A stretch of DNA of 63,342 bases from Ignavibacteriales bacterium (GCA_018335975.1 JAGXRH010000002.1:1-63342), one strand, 5' to 3'. Positions 37,566 through 46,405 are shown, counted from the first letter of the stretch. Notes: a model not told the origin generated them from the sequence alone. Program-made: numbers and translations.

Positions 37566-38021
37566 TCACTCGCCGCAAACTTCAAGAATATTTTCAATCA
37601 CAAAATCGGATGCTCGAAAATTCGTTTGTTGTAATTCTTCAAGTACGGGTTTTATCTTTTTGATAAATCCTTTCTCTTTTGCTTTTACAAGAACTCCCAA
37701 TGTTCCCGTTATTTGTAAATTCATACTCTTTGCAATTTTTCTCGCTCGTAAATCGTCGAGAATCAGTAACGGTTTTTCTTTTTCAAATGCTAATGCAATC
37801 GCGCTTGATTCTCCTTTGCCTAACATTTGTTCGAGAACTTTTTGAAGCGTTGCATCTTTTGGTTGCTCTACAACTATCCAAGATGGTAATTGTTCTTTAA
37901 ACTCACGAGCAATTTCTTCTGTGATAATAATTTCCTCATAACATTGTCGTAACAATTCTAACCTTCCGATTTTCCTCAAAACAATTAAACAACTTGTATC
38001 GGAAATTACGACTTCACGCAT
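37566..38021 (-). CDS. DUF3368-family PIN-domain protein (putative toxin)
   Basis: VVISDTSCLIVL...GKGESSAIALA...LLILDDLRARKIA...ITGTLGVLVKAK matches the DUF3368 PIN-like pattern. 8-nt overlap with the upstream UPF0175 gene. Confidence 0.7.
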   Translation of the reverse strand: MREVVISDTSCLIVLRKIGRLELLRQCYEEIIITEEIAREFKEQLPSWIVVEQPKDATLQKVLEQMLGKGESSAIALAFEKEKPLLILDDLRARKIAKSMNLQITGTLGVLVKAKEKGFIKKIKPVLEELQQTNFRASDFVIENILEVCGE

Positions 38022-38238
38022 TCTCGATATCTGATTTCAAATCGTCAAGTGATTTACTGAAAATGGAAAAACCATATTTGCCGACGATTTCGATGAACGC
38101 ACGTTTGCTTAAACCAGCCAATTCTGCGGCTTGTCCTAAACTAAGTTTTTCGCGTTCGTAAAGTTCTCCGGCTAAAATGATTTTTATTTCTGATTCGGTG
38201 AGGTCAGAAACGGTTGGAAGTGATACGTTGAGAGTCAT
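38014..38238 (-). CDS. UPF0175-family antitoxin-like protein
   Basis: ILAGELYEREKLSLGQAAELAGLSKRAFIEIVGKYGFSIF is the UPF0175 pattern. Start moved to the internal ATG (MTLNVSLP). Confidence 0.7.
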   Translation of the reverse strand: MTLNVSLPTVSDLTESEIKIILAGELYEREKLSLGQAAELAGLSKRAFIEIVGKYGFSIFSKSLDDLKSDIENA

Positions 38239-38281
38239 AATATTATAATTTTTCTTGCGAGAAAATACCAACTCTACATTG

Positions 38282-38319
38282 AAACAAAAAACGGCGACCG
38301 AGTTTATTTCAATCGCCGT
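38282..38319 (-). terminator. Intrinsic terminator after ORFan 38342-38971 (homologous to the 37505 hairpin)
   Basis: Minus-strand RNA: ACGGCGAUUGA / UCGGUCGCCGU pairs fully if two G-U wobbles are allowed, which works only on this strand. Followed by UUUUUGUUUC. Confidence 0.75.
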
Positions 38320-38341
38320 TTTTATTTTTTTCCCATGGTGC

Positions 38342-38971
38342 TCAAATTGACAAATACAAAAAGTTTTCTATTGGAATTTTCTTGATATCAGTTTCTTTAC
38401 TACTATCTGTCTCGTTTGGGACAATGTAATTTTTCAAATTTGGAAGAAAACTATCAAACTGTTGGATGTTATCTGAGACAAGACAATCAATTAAATTTAA
38501 CGTTAACGGTTCGTTCCCAACGCGGAGACTGTTAGAATATGTAACACTCTCATTGGCAGTATCTATCCCGAAACTTCCAACCCCTCGGTTAAAATTTTCA
38601 ATACAGAGCAATTCAGAAAGTTCACGGTATTTTTCTTTCAGTACCCTTCCCCCGGTAACCGAGTACAAACTTACTTCTCTCTCTGATTCGTCTGTAATAA
38701 ACAAAAACATAAAATCGCCGTTTACACCTTCAATTATGAACGCGAATTCATCATTTTTCTCGCTGAGGTTGTTCACCCATTTTTTCTTACCAAAATATTC
38801 TTTTACTGATTCATATATAGTTTTCTTCTGTGCGATTTCATTCGATTTTATTTCTAAACCATTGATAGAAATACTTGTCGGAAAGATTCTGATTGTTAGC
38901 AAAAAAATTACAATGGTACTAACAAAGCCAACGAAAATATATTTCCAATTCAGCAATAATTTTTCTTTCAT
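38342..38971 (-). CDS. Hypothetical membrane-anchored protein (ORFan)
   Basis: The ATG at 38971 is preceded by AGGA. N-terminal TM YIFVGFVSTIVIFLLTI, then a soluble domain of about 170 aa. A faint YbjN-like pattern (FAFIIEGVNGDFMFLFITDE...FGIDTANESVTYS) is a weak guess. Confidence 0.55.
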   Translation of the reverse strand: MKEKLLLNWKYIFVGFVSTIVIFLLTIRIFPTSISINGLEIKSNEIAQKKTIYESVKEYFGKKKWVNNLSEKNDEFAFIIEGVNGDFMFLFITDESEREVSLYSVTGGRVLKEKYRELSELLCIENFNRGVGSFGIDTANESVTYSNSLRVGNEPLTLNLIDCLVSDNIQQFDSFLPNLKNYIVPNETDSSKETDIKKIPIENFLYLSI

Positions 38972-39012
38972 TTTCAAAAATCCTTTGTAGACTATTTAAT
39001 TTGACTTTTAAA

Positions 39013-39047
39013 GAAAACAGCGATACAAGTTTTGCATCGCTGTTTTC
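39013..39047 (-). terminator. Hairpin between the 19-codon ORF and ORFan 38342-38971 (terminator or attenuator)
   Basis: 12-bp stem GAAAACAGCGAU / AUCGCUGUUUUC with an 11-nt loop. On the minus strand only UUU follows, so it is a weak terminator. Confidence 0.5.
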
Positions 39048-39150
39048 TTTTGGCTTTTTGTTCGTTATGGTTTTGGTGGAATACCAAAAATATCACGAGC
39101 CTTTTCAATGCAATGATTTTTCATAGTGTGTAAAATAGTTGTAATTAATT

Positions 39151-39210
39151 AAATTTCCGCAGAGGCAACATATCGCGGCATATTTTTTTGCGCGTTATGT
39201 TGCCCCGCGG
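39151..39210. repeat. Structured repeat element, copy 1
   Basis: aaatttccgcagaGGCAACATAtCGCGgcatatttttttgCGCGtTATGTTGCCccgcgg. Long imperfect hairpin (9-bp and 4-bp stems plus outer CCGC/GCGG). Confidence 0.75.
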
Positions 39211-39221
39211 ATTTCTTGTTT

Positions 39222-39422
39222 TCAATACGGGTCTTTTCTTCCCGGTCTTCCAGTTTTGCGCTTGTAATCTTCTTTGGACAACCAGTTTCCTGTTTGTTTT
39301 TTCTCGATGCACCAATCGTGTTTGTATGCACCGTGAGCGCGGCTGTTATAATCTGACAAATGTTCTCCTTTCTGACGTTGACCGCCAGCAAGGATTTTAC
39401 CAAACGATTTTAGTATTCCCAT
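39222..39422 (-). CDS. Possible small basic protein (66 aa), uncertain
   Basis: ORF MGILKSFGKILAGGQRQKGEH...KRKTGRPGRKDPY, on the same strand as its neighbours and exactly filling the gap between two copies of a hairpin repeat. There is no SD, and overlapping alternative frames exist. Confidence 0.3.
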   Translation of the reverse strand: MGILKSFGKILAGGQRQKGEHLSDYNSRAHGAYKHDWCIEKKQTGNWLSKEDYKRKTGRPGRKDPY

Positions 39423-39447
39423 AATTGTAATTCAGTTAAAGTTGATA

Positions 39448-39504
39448 AAATTTCCGCAGAGGCAACATATCGCCACATTTTTTGCACGTTATGTTGCCTC
39501 GCGG
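39448..39504. repeat. Structured repeat element, copy 2
   Basis: aaatttccgcagaGGCAACATAtcgccacattttttgcacgtTATGTTGCCtcgcgg. Nearly identical arms to copy 1. Confidence 0.75.
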
Positions 39505-39522
39505 GTTTTTAGATTTCAAGTT

Positions 39523-39828
39523 TCAATCATAGTAATCTTCAAGTTCGTACCATAAGTAATTCACAGCTGCGGCAATAATTGCAGCATCGTCAGTATATCC
39601 TATAAACGGTATAACATCAGGAATTGCGTCAACCGGACTAATTAAATAGGTAAGCGCACCAACGGCAATTGCTTTTCTTGCCCAGAAAACATCCGGATCT
39701 TTCATATAGCGGTAAAGCGCAACGGCATCACCATATAAACGACTTGGAGTTTCTTTCATCTTTTGCCAAAAGTTATTTTTGACAGACTGCACTTTAGTCC
39801 TCGTGCCTTTGATAAGTTTGCTTTTCAT
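39523..39828 (-). CDS. DUF1232 (YkvA-like) membrane protein
   Basis: AIAVGALTYLISPVDAIPDVIPFIGYTDDAAIIAAAV is the DUF1232 signature. Strong SD AGGAGA 5 nt upstream of the ATG. Confidence 0.75.
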   Translation of the reverse strand: MKSKLIKGTRTKVQSVKNNFWQKMKETPSRLYGDAVALYRYMKDPDVFWARKAIAVGALTYLISPVDAIPDVIPFIGYTDDAAIIAAAVNYLWYELEDYYD

Positions 39829-39843
39829 ATTATTCTCCTATAT

Positions 39844-40101
39844 TTATTCGTTTGGCCAAAGCAATATTGCTTCGATGTTTTTAGTAAGCACGACATCACA
39901 TATTTCTTCACCCTCATCGTTTGCCTGTGAGTAAATGAATTCACCGTCTTCGGATAAAAACATATACTCATCGCTATCAAAAGTATAAGGGTCATCAGAA
40001 CCTTCAAAATAAATTTGCAACGCAGGTTCTTCTTCATCCTTTACTAACTTGTTAAAGCGTTCGAGGATTGTTTGGATTGTTTCAAGAAGTTTTTTATTCA
40101 T
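39844..40101 (-). CDS. Hypothetical small highly acidic protein (85 aa)
   Basis: D/E-rich: EEEPALQIYFEGSDDPYTFDSDEYMFLSEDGEFIYSQANDEGEE. Ends 15 nt upstream of the DUF1232 gene. No family recognised. Confidence 0.5.
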   Translation of the reverse strand: MNKKLLETIQTILERFNKLVKDEEEPALQIYFEGSDDPYTFDSDEYMFLSEDGEFIYSQANDEGEEICDVVLTKNIEAILLWPNE

Positions 40102-40260
40102 TTAGTTTATCGAAATTAGTTTAACATATAAATTTGCAAAAGAATGCGTGCGAAATATATTTACTATTTCCGCGAACATGAATTTACAATTGGTTAGAAA
40201 AAAATTTTGGTTTGTTGAACACCAGATATAGAATAATCCTCATGAATGCTTTATAGTTTG

Positions 40261-41139
40261 TCATTTCCTTAGCCTTATTATTCTTCTTGCCCATTCACCA
40301 TTAAATAATTTGATGTTGTTACATCTACTAGGTAACTTCCCGTTGTTTTTAAAACTTTTTTCCGTTCCTGAACCCTTCTTGTCGCGAGATGATGGAAACG
40401 GAAGAATAATGTTTACTTTTGGAAAACGTGTTTTGTGCTCCTCTATAATTGCCTCAAAATATAAAATACAAAACGCGATATGGTGTTGAATAAACTTTGT
40501 ATACTTTTGGCGTTGAGTCTTTTTGGATAGTAGTTCACCATAGATCTTCAAGAAATAATTTATTCGTTGAAAATTATCTTTGAGTTCTTGCTCTCTTTGC
40601 TTTATTCTCCTTATGGCATCTACAACTCTTTCTCTTTTGTCAACTTGTTTTTCAAAAAGTAGACCTATCGTTTCTAAAATATCGACTCGCTCATTTTCTA
40701 AAAATTGTATTTCGTTTACTGCGTTTTCCATTCTTTTTTTACGAGGCAATTTTGAGAGGAGAGTTAAACTTTTCTCTAAATCATCTTGTAAATCTTTAAC
40801 TGCTGTAATCGAACCGTTATTTGAAATTTCTAATAACAAACAAAGAATAGCGCTAGTTATAGTTTCATATATGAATCCTTCCTCTTTGAAGTCGATTATA
40901 TTTAAGTGATTTTCCTTCAACTCATTTTCATAGTGTTTCAAAATCTTATAAAGTTTATTATCCGTATTCTCTGGAAGTGTTTTATCTGCGTCTTCACTTA
41001 TTTTTTTTCTGAATCCTGCTTTGTAGACCTCTGGTGGTAAAGTCGGACACGCAATATTTTTCGACACTCTTTCTATTTCATTACCCTCCTCGTCATTAAA
41101 CAACTTTGTTAAAAATTCTCGAATTGAAAAGTCATCCAT
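40261..41139 (-). CDS. Hypothetical protein (292 aa ORFan, helical, basic C-terminal tail)
   Basis: AGGA SD about 8 nt upstream. A+T-rich with no motif recognised. Confidence 0.55.
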   Translation of the reverse strand: MDDFSIREFLTKLFNDEEGNEIERVSKNIACPTLPPEVYKAGFRKKISEDADKTLPENTDNKLYKILKHYENELKENHLNIIDFKEEGFIYETITSAILCLLLEISNNGSITAVKDLQDDLEKSLTLLSKLPRKKRMENAVNEIQFLENERVDILETIGLLFEKQVDKRERVVDAIRRIKQREQELKDNFQRINYFLKIYGELLSKKTQRQKYTKFIQHHIAFCILYFEAIIEEHKTRFPKVNIILPFPSSRDKKGSGTEKSFKNNGKLPSRCNNIKLFNGEWARRIIRLRK

Positions 41140-41190
41140 ATATTTTCCTTCGTATTTTTATTTCTCGTATAATAATTGTTCTTATAACAC

Positions 41191-41227
41191 AACAAAAAAA
41201 CGGCAACACATTTCTGAATTGCCGTTT
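41191..41227 (-). terminator. Intrinsic terminator after pckG
   Basis: Stem AAACGGCAA / TTGCCGTTT. The minus-strand 3' flank is UUUUUUGUUG. Confidence 0.75.
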
Positions 41228-41234
41228 TCGTTTT

Positions 41235-43076
41235 CTACTCACTCGCCATTTTCCATTCACTCGGAGAACGCCAAAGTGAGGAAAGAATCAACTCGCGCAT
41301 AAAAATAAATTCTTTCGGAAGTTTGTCGTAAAGTTTTGAAAAGAGTTCTTCTTGTAGAAGTAATTCATTTTTCCACGCTTCTGTATTCACTGACATTACT
41401 TTGTCAAATTTCTCTTTCGGGAAATCTAAACCATCCCAATTGATGTCTTCGTATTTCGGCATCCAACCAAGCGGACTTTCAATCGCGAATCCTCTTCCGT
41501 GAACGCGGTCAACAATCCATTTCAACACGCGCATATTTTCTCCGTACCCGGGCCACACAAATTTTCCGTTTTCATCTTTGCGGAACCAGTTCACGGAAAA
41601 AATTCGCGGGGGATTCGGAAGATTTCTTCCAAACTGTAACCAATGATTGAAATAATCCGCCATATGATATCCGCAAAATGGAAGCATTGCAAACGGATCG
41701 CGACGCACTTGTCCGATTGTTCCCGCGGCGGCTGCAGTCATTTCCGAACCCATCGTCGCCGCCATATACACGCCGAAATTCCAATTCACCGATTGACACA
41801 CAAGCGGAACCGTTGAACTTCTTCTTCCGCCAAAAATAAAAGCAGAAATCGGTACACCTTTCGGATTTTCCCACTCAGAATCTATAATCGGATTTTGATT
41901 TGCGGGCGTCGTGAATCTTGCATTTGCGTGCGATGCAACTCTTCCGCAATCGGGAGTCCATTCTTTTCCTTGCCAATCAATAAGTTTTGACGGAGGTTCG
42001 TCAGTCATCCCCTCCCACCACACATCGCCGTCGGGAGTGAGTCCTACGTTTGTAAAAATTGTATTTGCCTTTATGCACTCCATCGCATTGGGATTTGATT
42101 TATATGATGTTCCCGGAGCAACGCCAAAATATCCCGCTTCGGGATTGATTGCGTACAACTTTCCATCCGCGCCCGGTTTTATCCACGCAATATCATCGCC
42201 GACTGTTGTAACTTTCCAATTGCCAAATTCTTTCGGAGGAATAATCATTGCGAAATTTGTTTTTCCGCAGGCGCTTGGAAATGCAGCCGCGATATACGTT
42301 TTTTCTTTTTCCGGAGATTCAACGCCAAGAATCAACATATGTTCTGCAAGCCAACCTTCATCCCGCGCCATTGTTGATGCGATACGAAGCGCAAAACATT
42401 TTTTTCCGAGAAGCGCATTTCCGCCATAGCCGCTTCCATACGACCAAATCGAACGCTCTTCGGGAAAGTGAACAATGTATTTATTTTCTTTATTGCAAGG
42501 CCACGAAACATCTTTTTGTCCAGCATTCAAAGGCATTCCAACCGAATGAAGACAATGCACAAACTCGCCGTTGCCGAGAACATCGAGAACTTTTTTTCCC
42601 ATGCGCGTCATTATTTTCATGCTGACGACAACATACGGCGAATCGGTAAGTTGCACGCCGATGTGCGAAATGTTCGAGCCGAGCGGTCCCATACTGAACG
42701 GAATAACGTAGAGCGTTCGCCCTTTCATACATCCATCGAAAAGTTTTGAAAGCGTTTCTTTCATTTCTTTCGGATGCATCCAATTGTTCGTGGGTCCCGC
42801 GTCTTGTTTACGAACAGAACAAATGAACGTTCTGTCTTCTACTCTCGCAACATCGCCGACATCCGAACGGGCGAGAAAACTATTCGGGCGTATTTTTTCG
42901 TTCAGTTTGATAAATGTTCCGGATGCTACAAGTTGCTCGCAGAGCGAATTATATTCCTCATTGGAGCCATCGCACCAATGAATGTTTTCCGGTTTACAAA
43001 GTTGTTTTGCTTCCTCGACAAAACGAAGAAGTTCTGTGTTTTTGATTGATTGAGGATTAATCATATTTGCCTCCAA
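41235..43076 (-). CDS. pckG: Phosphoenolpyruvate carboxykinase (GTP)
   Basis: About 610 aa with kinase-1a FPSACGKTN and [16 protein letters not shown] and FGGRR blocks typical of GTP-type PEPCK. Confidence 0.9.
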   Translation of the reverse strand: MEANMINPQSIKNTELLRFVEEAKQLCKPENIHWCDGSNEEYNSLCEQLVASGTFIKLNEKIRPNSFLARSDVGDVARVEDRTFICSVRKQDAGPTNNWMHPKEMKETLSKLFDGCMKGRTLYVIPFSMGPLGSNISHIGVQLTDSPYVVVSMKIMTRMGKKVLDVLGNGEFVHCLHSVGMPLNAGQKDVSWPCNKENKYIVHFPEERSIWSYGSGYGGNALLGKKCFALRIASTMARDEGWLAEHMLILGVESPEKEKTYIAAAFPSACGKTNFAMIIPPKEFGNWKVTTVGDDIAWIKPGADGKLYAINPEAGYFGVAPGTSYKSNPNAMECIKANTIFTNVGLTPDGDVWWEGMTDEPPSKLIDWQGKEWTPDCGRVASHANARFTTPANQNPIIDSEWENPKGVPISAFIFGGRRSSTVPLVCQSVNWNFGVYMAATMGSEMTAAAAGTIGQVRRDPFAMLPFCGYHMADYFNHWLQFGRNLPNPPRIFSVNWFRKDENGKFVWPGYGENMRVLKWIVDRVHGRGFAIESPLGWMPKYEDINWDGLDFPKEKFDKVMSVNTEAWKNELLLQEELFSKLYDKLPKEFIFMRELILSSLWRSPSEWKMASE

Positions 43077-43129
43077 AAGTGGATGTTAAAAAATAGTTTG
43101 AAATAAAAAGATATTGAGGTAACAGTTCG

Positions 43130-43954
43130 TTATTTCGAAAAAAACATTTTCCGTGTTTCGATAAAATTTTCTGCACGGAAAGTGTATAAATATACGCCGC
43201 TTGATAATTCGTCGGCGTGAAAATCAATTCTATATTCCCCTGCCTCCTTAAATCCCTCAACAAGTGTAGCAATTTCTGTGCCACGAACATCATAAACCTT
43301 CAACGAAATGTTGCTGTTATCCAATAGGGAATATCGAATAACGGTTGCCGGATTAAATGGATTAGGAAAATTCTGTGCAAGTTCAAACCGGAGAGGTTTT
43401 CCCGTATTATTTTCTTCAATACTGGTAAGGGAAACAACAGTGAGAGTTTTATTGGGAGCCCAATTCCACTGGTCGCCGCTATTGTTTCCGTTCCCGTTCA
43501 CGCTGTTGCCGGTTGCGTATAATGTTTGTGTTCCCGGAGTAGAGGGAGCGGTGTAGGAAAATTCAAACGAGAGCGCACCCATGGAAAAATTAGTTGCAGA
43601 ACGATGAGTGAGTTCCGTGCCGACTTTTTTCAGGGAGGAGGAAACAGCCGATAATGTACCATTCGAAGCGGCGATATCTGTCCCGCCTTTGATTCCCGGT
43701 CCGCCTGAAATTGTTACTCTGTACGTTGCTGTTTGATTAGCGAAGAGCGTATCGGGACCGAGGATTGTAACAGCAACGCCGGTCGTGGGAGACATTCCAT
43801 GGCAACTGCAACCCTCGGTCGAGGTTTTTCTTGTTCGCCCCGTTACGCCGCTTGCGCTCGAGTAAACATATACCGAGAGTGCAAAAAAAGAAAAGAGAAA
43901 AAAGGAATTTCTGAAAAGAAATTTTTTTGAAGAGAGAGCATTAAAAAGGTTCAT
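43130..43954 (-). CDS. Small T9SS cargo protein with GCSCHG motif
   Basis: Signal sequence, then SSASGVTGRTRKTSTEGCSCHG and a beta-rich domain of about 150 aa. C-terminal LAQNFPNPFNPATVIRY...SSGVYLYTF sorting domain. Confidence 0.75.
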   Translation of the reverse strand: MNLFNALSSKKFLFRNSFFLFSFFALSVYVYSSASGVTGRTRKTSTEGCSCHGMSPTTGVAVTILGPDTLFANQTATYRVTISGGPGIKGGTDIAASNGTLSAVSSSLKKVGTELTHRSATNFSMGALSFEFSYTAPSTPGTQTLYATGNSVNGNGNNSGDQWNWAPNKTLTVVSLTSIEENNTGKPLRFELAQNFPNPFNPATVIRYSLLDNSNISLKVYDVRGTEIATLVEGFKEAGEYRIDFHADELSSGVYLYTFRAENFIETRKMFFSK

Positions 43955-43963
43955 AGTATTTGA

Positions 43964-44494
43964 TTAATGAGTTTGAGAATTAATAAGTATCGTTAAACAC
44001 TCCTCGATTGTTTTTGGGGCACAAATATACTTTGTAATCGTTCCATCATCAAAAAATGCAGGAGAATTTTTGAACAAGTCAATGACCGGCATCCAGAAAT
44101 TTCCCAAAACGACAATTGGTTTTTCTTTCATTAATTGTTTGTGAACAAATTCCCACACGGCGGCGAATTCGAGCAGTGTTCCCGTTCCGCCGGGGAGGAC
44201 AATGTACGCGTCAGCCAATTCAATGAGTTTCATCATTCGCTCAATCAAATTTGTCTTTACGATTATTTCGTCGAGAAACGGGTTTGGTTCGCGGGAGAAA
44301 ACGGACGTAACAACGCCGATAGTTTTTCCACGGCTTTCTTTCGCGCCTTTTGCTGATGCTTCCATTATTCCACCGTAACCGCCGTTGCAAATTGTGAAGT
44401 TGTTTTTCGCAAGTTCTTTTCCAAGTTGAAATGCGGTTTCGTATTCTTCAGAATTTGGAATGCAGCGCGCGTTGCCGAAAATGGTAATCGTCAT
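43964..44494 (-). CDS. LOG-family / TIGR00725-like protein
   Basis: ICNGGYGGIMEA and YIVLPGGTGTLLEF (PGGxGTxxE) motifs. Confidence 0.75.
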   Translation of the reverse strand: MTITIFGNARCIPNSEEYETAFQLGKELAKNNFTICNGGYGGIMEASAKGAKESRGKTIGVVTSVFSREPNPFLDEIIVKTNLIERMMKLIELADAYIVLPGGTGTLLEFAAVWEFVHKQLMKEKPIVVLGNFWMPVIDLFKNSPAFFDDGTITKYICAPKTIEECLTILINSQTH

Positions 44495-44596
44495 TGGTAA
44501 TTATTCATTTGTCATTAGTGTGATATGCGAAATGGAATTCAAGCGTAGCAAGAATTAGAATTTTCAAATCAAAAATCTTCAATCTAAAATCAAAAA

Positions 44597-46405
44597 TTAG
44601 TTCAGAAACTCCCACGTAACTCCCAAGCGCAAATTTCTATCGGGCATCGGGTAAAACGGAACAACGTAATATTTCGTGTTCAAAATATTTTCAATCGTAA
44701 AATGCACAACCGCATCGCCAAGATTTGCGAAGAAGAGAAAGTTGTATGAGCCAATTAAACTCCTCGTTTCAAAAATTTTATTAAAACTAAAATAATTTCC
44801 TTGAATTCCTAGCTTCATGGGAAGATGGTCGCCAAAAAATAATGAGTTATAGAATACGCTACTGCTTCCAAAGACAGGAGGAACTATTCCTAAATAATAA
44901 TATTCCGAAATTGTATTAAGTGATGTTTCAAGCGTAAACTTATCAAACGAATAAGAACAGTGGGAAACAAATACGCTAAATCGATTCCCCCAATAACGCC
45001 GATGGTGTTCTGGCATTTGAAAATTATGCATCAGAAGAGAAATGTGTAATCGTTGATTCAGATGCAAATTAACTCCAGCTCCGAATTGATGGTTAGATAA
45101 ATTACTTGGGTTTATGTTTCCAGATGAAAATGAAATCAGGTTGGATAGGTAATAACTTTTTGAAAAATATGCATTGAATTCTAACTCCGAAACCGGTTTG
45201 TAAATTACCTCACCACTATATGCAAAATTATTGATGATTGAATAGTCTTCAAATTTTGCACAAATGTTCAATGAAATTTCTTTTACAGGTTTCGCTTCAA
45301 TATTTCCGTATAAACTTGCATATACTTTTTCAACAGCAAAAGGACGAAGCCAACTACGTGTTCTATATGACTGTTTTTTTTCAATATCGCTACCAATTGT
45401 AAACACTACATCTTGAATATTTAACTTTTGTAAAACCGACACACCACTCCAAATAGAATTGTAATGAGAATTGAATGGTGTGTCAATGTATTCAAAATTC
45501 AAATTAGATGCATAGAAAGAAATAGAACTTGTTTGAATTGAATCGCCTAAAAAATTTCCCACTCCATTTAATTGCCAGCTCCATTGAGTATTATAATATT
45601 TCGAGTATAATTGTTCTACGACAGCAAAGTTTGGGTCATAAATATCAAGGGAACGAATTCCACCGAACCATCCAACTTTCTGTTTGTTGTATAATTGTGA
45701 AAGTTGCAACTGAAATTTTTCCGACACATTCCATCGCAGTTTTGAACGAACACCCCATTCGTCATCAAAGGAATTCTCATATCGTCCATCGGTAGTTCTT
45801 CGCTGAACGCCAACACTCAAATTCATATTCTGCGAAAGGTTGTGCGCGATGATTCCATCGAACAAACCCTCTTCGTACGCTCCTTCGGTGTACTTAATAC
45901 GCGAATACGGAAGGTTGGAATTGAACGATTTTGTAACAATATTAATTGCAACTGCGTTGGAATTCATTCCGTACAAAAACGAGCGGGGCGCAGGAATAAT
46001 TTCAATGCGTTCAATCATTTCCGTTGGAATAAAATTCAAATCAGCAATTCCCGTAAGCGGTTCGTTCATCGGTCGTCCGTCAATAAATACACCAATGTTA
46101 TTCGCACTCATTCCGCGATAGGTTAATCGACTCGGTTGTCCAACGCTTCCTAAATCATTGTAAAAAAATCCGGGTAGTGTGGCAAGAATATCTCCGAGCG
46201 AACGGTAATCCATCCAAGGGAGTTCTTGCGATGTGATGACAATCGTTGAAGAATCGTTTTCAAGTGAGCCGAGTTCGAGAGGAGCGAATGTTATGGTTGA
46301 ATCTTGTGGTTTGGTAGAGTCGGAAGGAGAAAGCATCAACGCAAACGCAGCGCACGGCAGTTCGAGAAAGAGGCAAACGATAAAAAAAAGTCGCGTATGA
46401 TTCAC
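44597..46405 (-). CDS. TonB-dependent receptor-like outer-membrane protein
   Basis: Plug-domain blocks LGDILATLPGF, YRGMSANNIGVFIDGRPMNEP and IERIEIIPAPRSFLYGMNSNAVAINIVTK, followed by a beta-barrel-like alternating sequence. Confidence 0.75.
   Translation of the reverse strand: MNHTRLFFIVCLFLELPCAAFALMLSPSDSTKPQDSTITFAPLELGSLENDSSTIVITSQELPWMDYRSLGDILATLPGFFYNDLGSVGQPSRLTYRGMSANNIGVFIDGRPMNEPLTGIADLNFIPTEMIERIEIIPAPRSFLYGMNSNAVAINIVTKSFNSNLPYSRIKYTEGAYEEGLFDGIIAHNLSQNMNLSVGVQRRTTDGRYENSFDDEWGVRSKLRWNVSEKFQLQLSQLYNKQKVGWFGGIRSLDIYDPNFAVVEQLYSKYYNTQWSWQLNGVGNFLGDSIQTSSISFYASNLNFEYIDTPFNSHYNSIWSGVSVLQKLNIQDVVFTIGSDIEKKQSYRTRSWLRPFAVEKVYASLYGNIEAKPVKEISLNICAKFEDYSIINNFAYSGEVIYKPVSELEFNAYFSKSYYLSNLISFSSGNINPSNLSNHQFGAGVNLHLNQRLHISLLMHNFQMPEHHRRYWGNRFSVFVSHCSYSFDKFTLETSLNTISEYYYLGIVPPVFGSSSVFYNSLFFGDHLPMKLGIQGNYFSFNKIFETRSLIGSYNFLFFANLGDAVVHFTIENILNTKYYVVPFYPMPDRNLRLGVTWEFLN

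Noticed and set aside
39188-39424. Plus-strand 78-aa hydrophobic Cys/Phe-rich ORF that could be a type I toxin, followed on that strand by a hairpin plus T-run
   Set aside because: Phe/Leu-rich composition is what the antisense of a Lys/Gly/Arg-rich frame gives in A+T-rich DNA. Its start lies inside the repeat hairpin and there is no SD. I cannot distinguish it from a shadow ORF, so I mention it only as an alternative reading of the locus.
37505-41227. Integron-like cassette array: same-strand small ORFs, toxin-antitoxin genes, a hairpin after each ORF
   Set aside because: There is no intI gene in the window. The hairpins are 30-40 nt with U-tracts, so they are ordinary intrinsic terminators. 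They lack RYYYAAC / GTTRRRY cores. The element at 39151/39448 has AAC...GTT, but its 43-nt core, like the whole 57-60-nt element, does not fit the attC layout.
43266-43282. Perfect sigma-54 -24/-12 consensus on the minus strand (TGGCACagaaaTTGCt), about 190 nt upstream of pckG, in a window that also encodes a sigma-54 activator
   Set aside because: It lies inside the sorting-domain coding sequence (codons for RGTEIATL). The homologous GREVAT codons of other sorting domains give near-matches too (for example TGGAAGagaagTTGCt near 20527), so the match is most simply a by-product of a conserved peptide motif. It would only merit a revisit if 5'-end mapping showed a start there.
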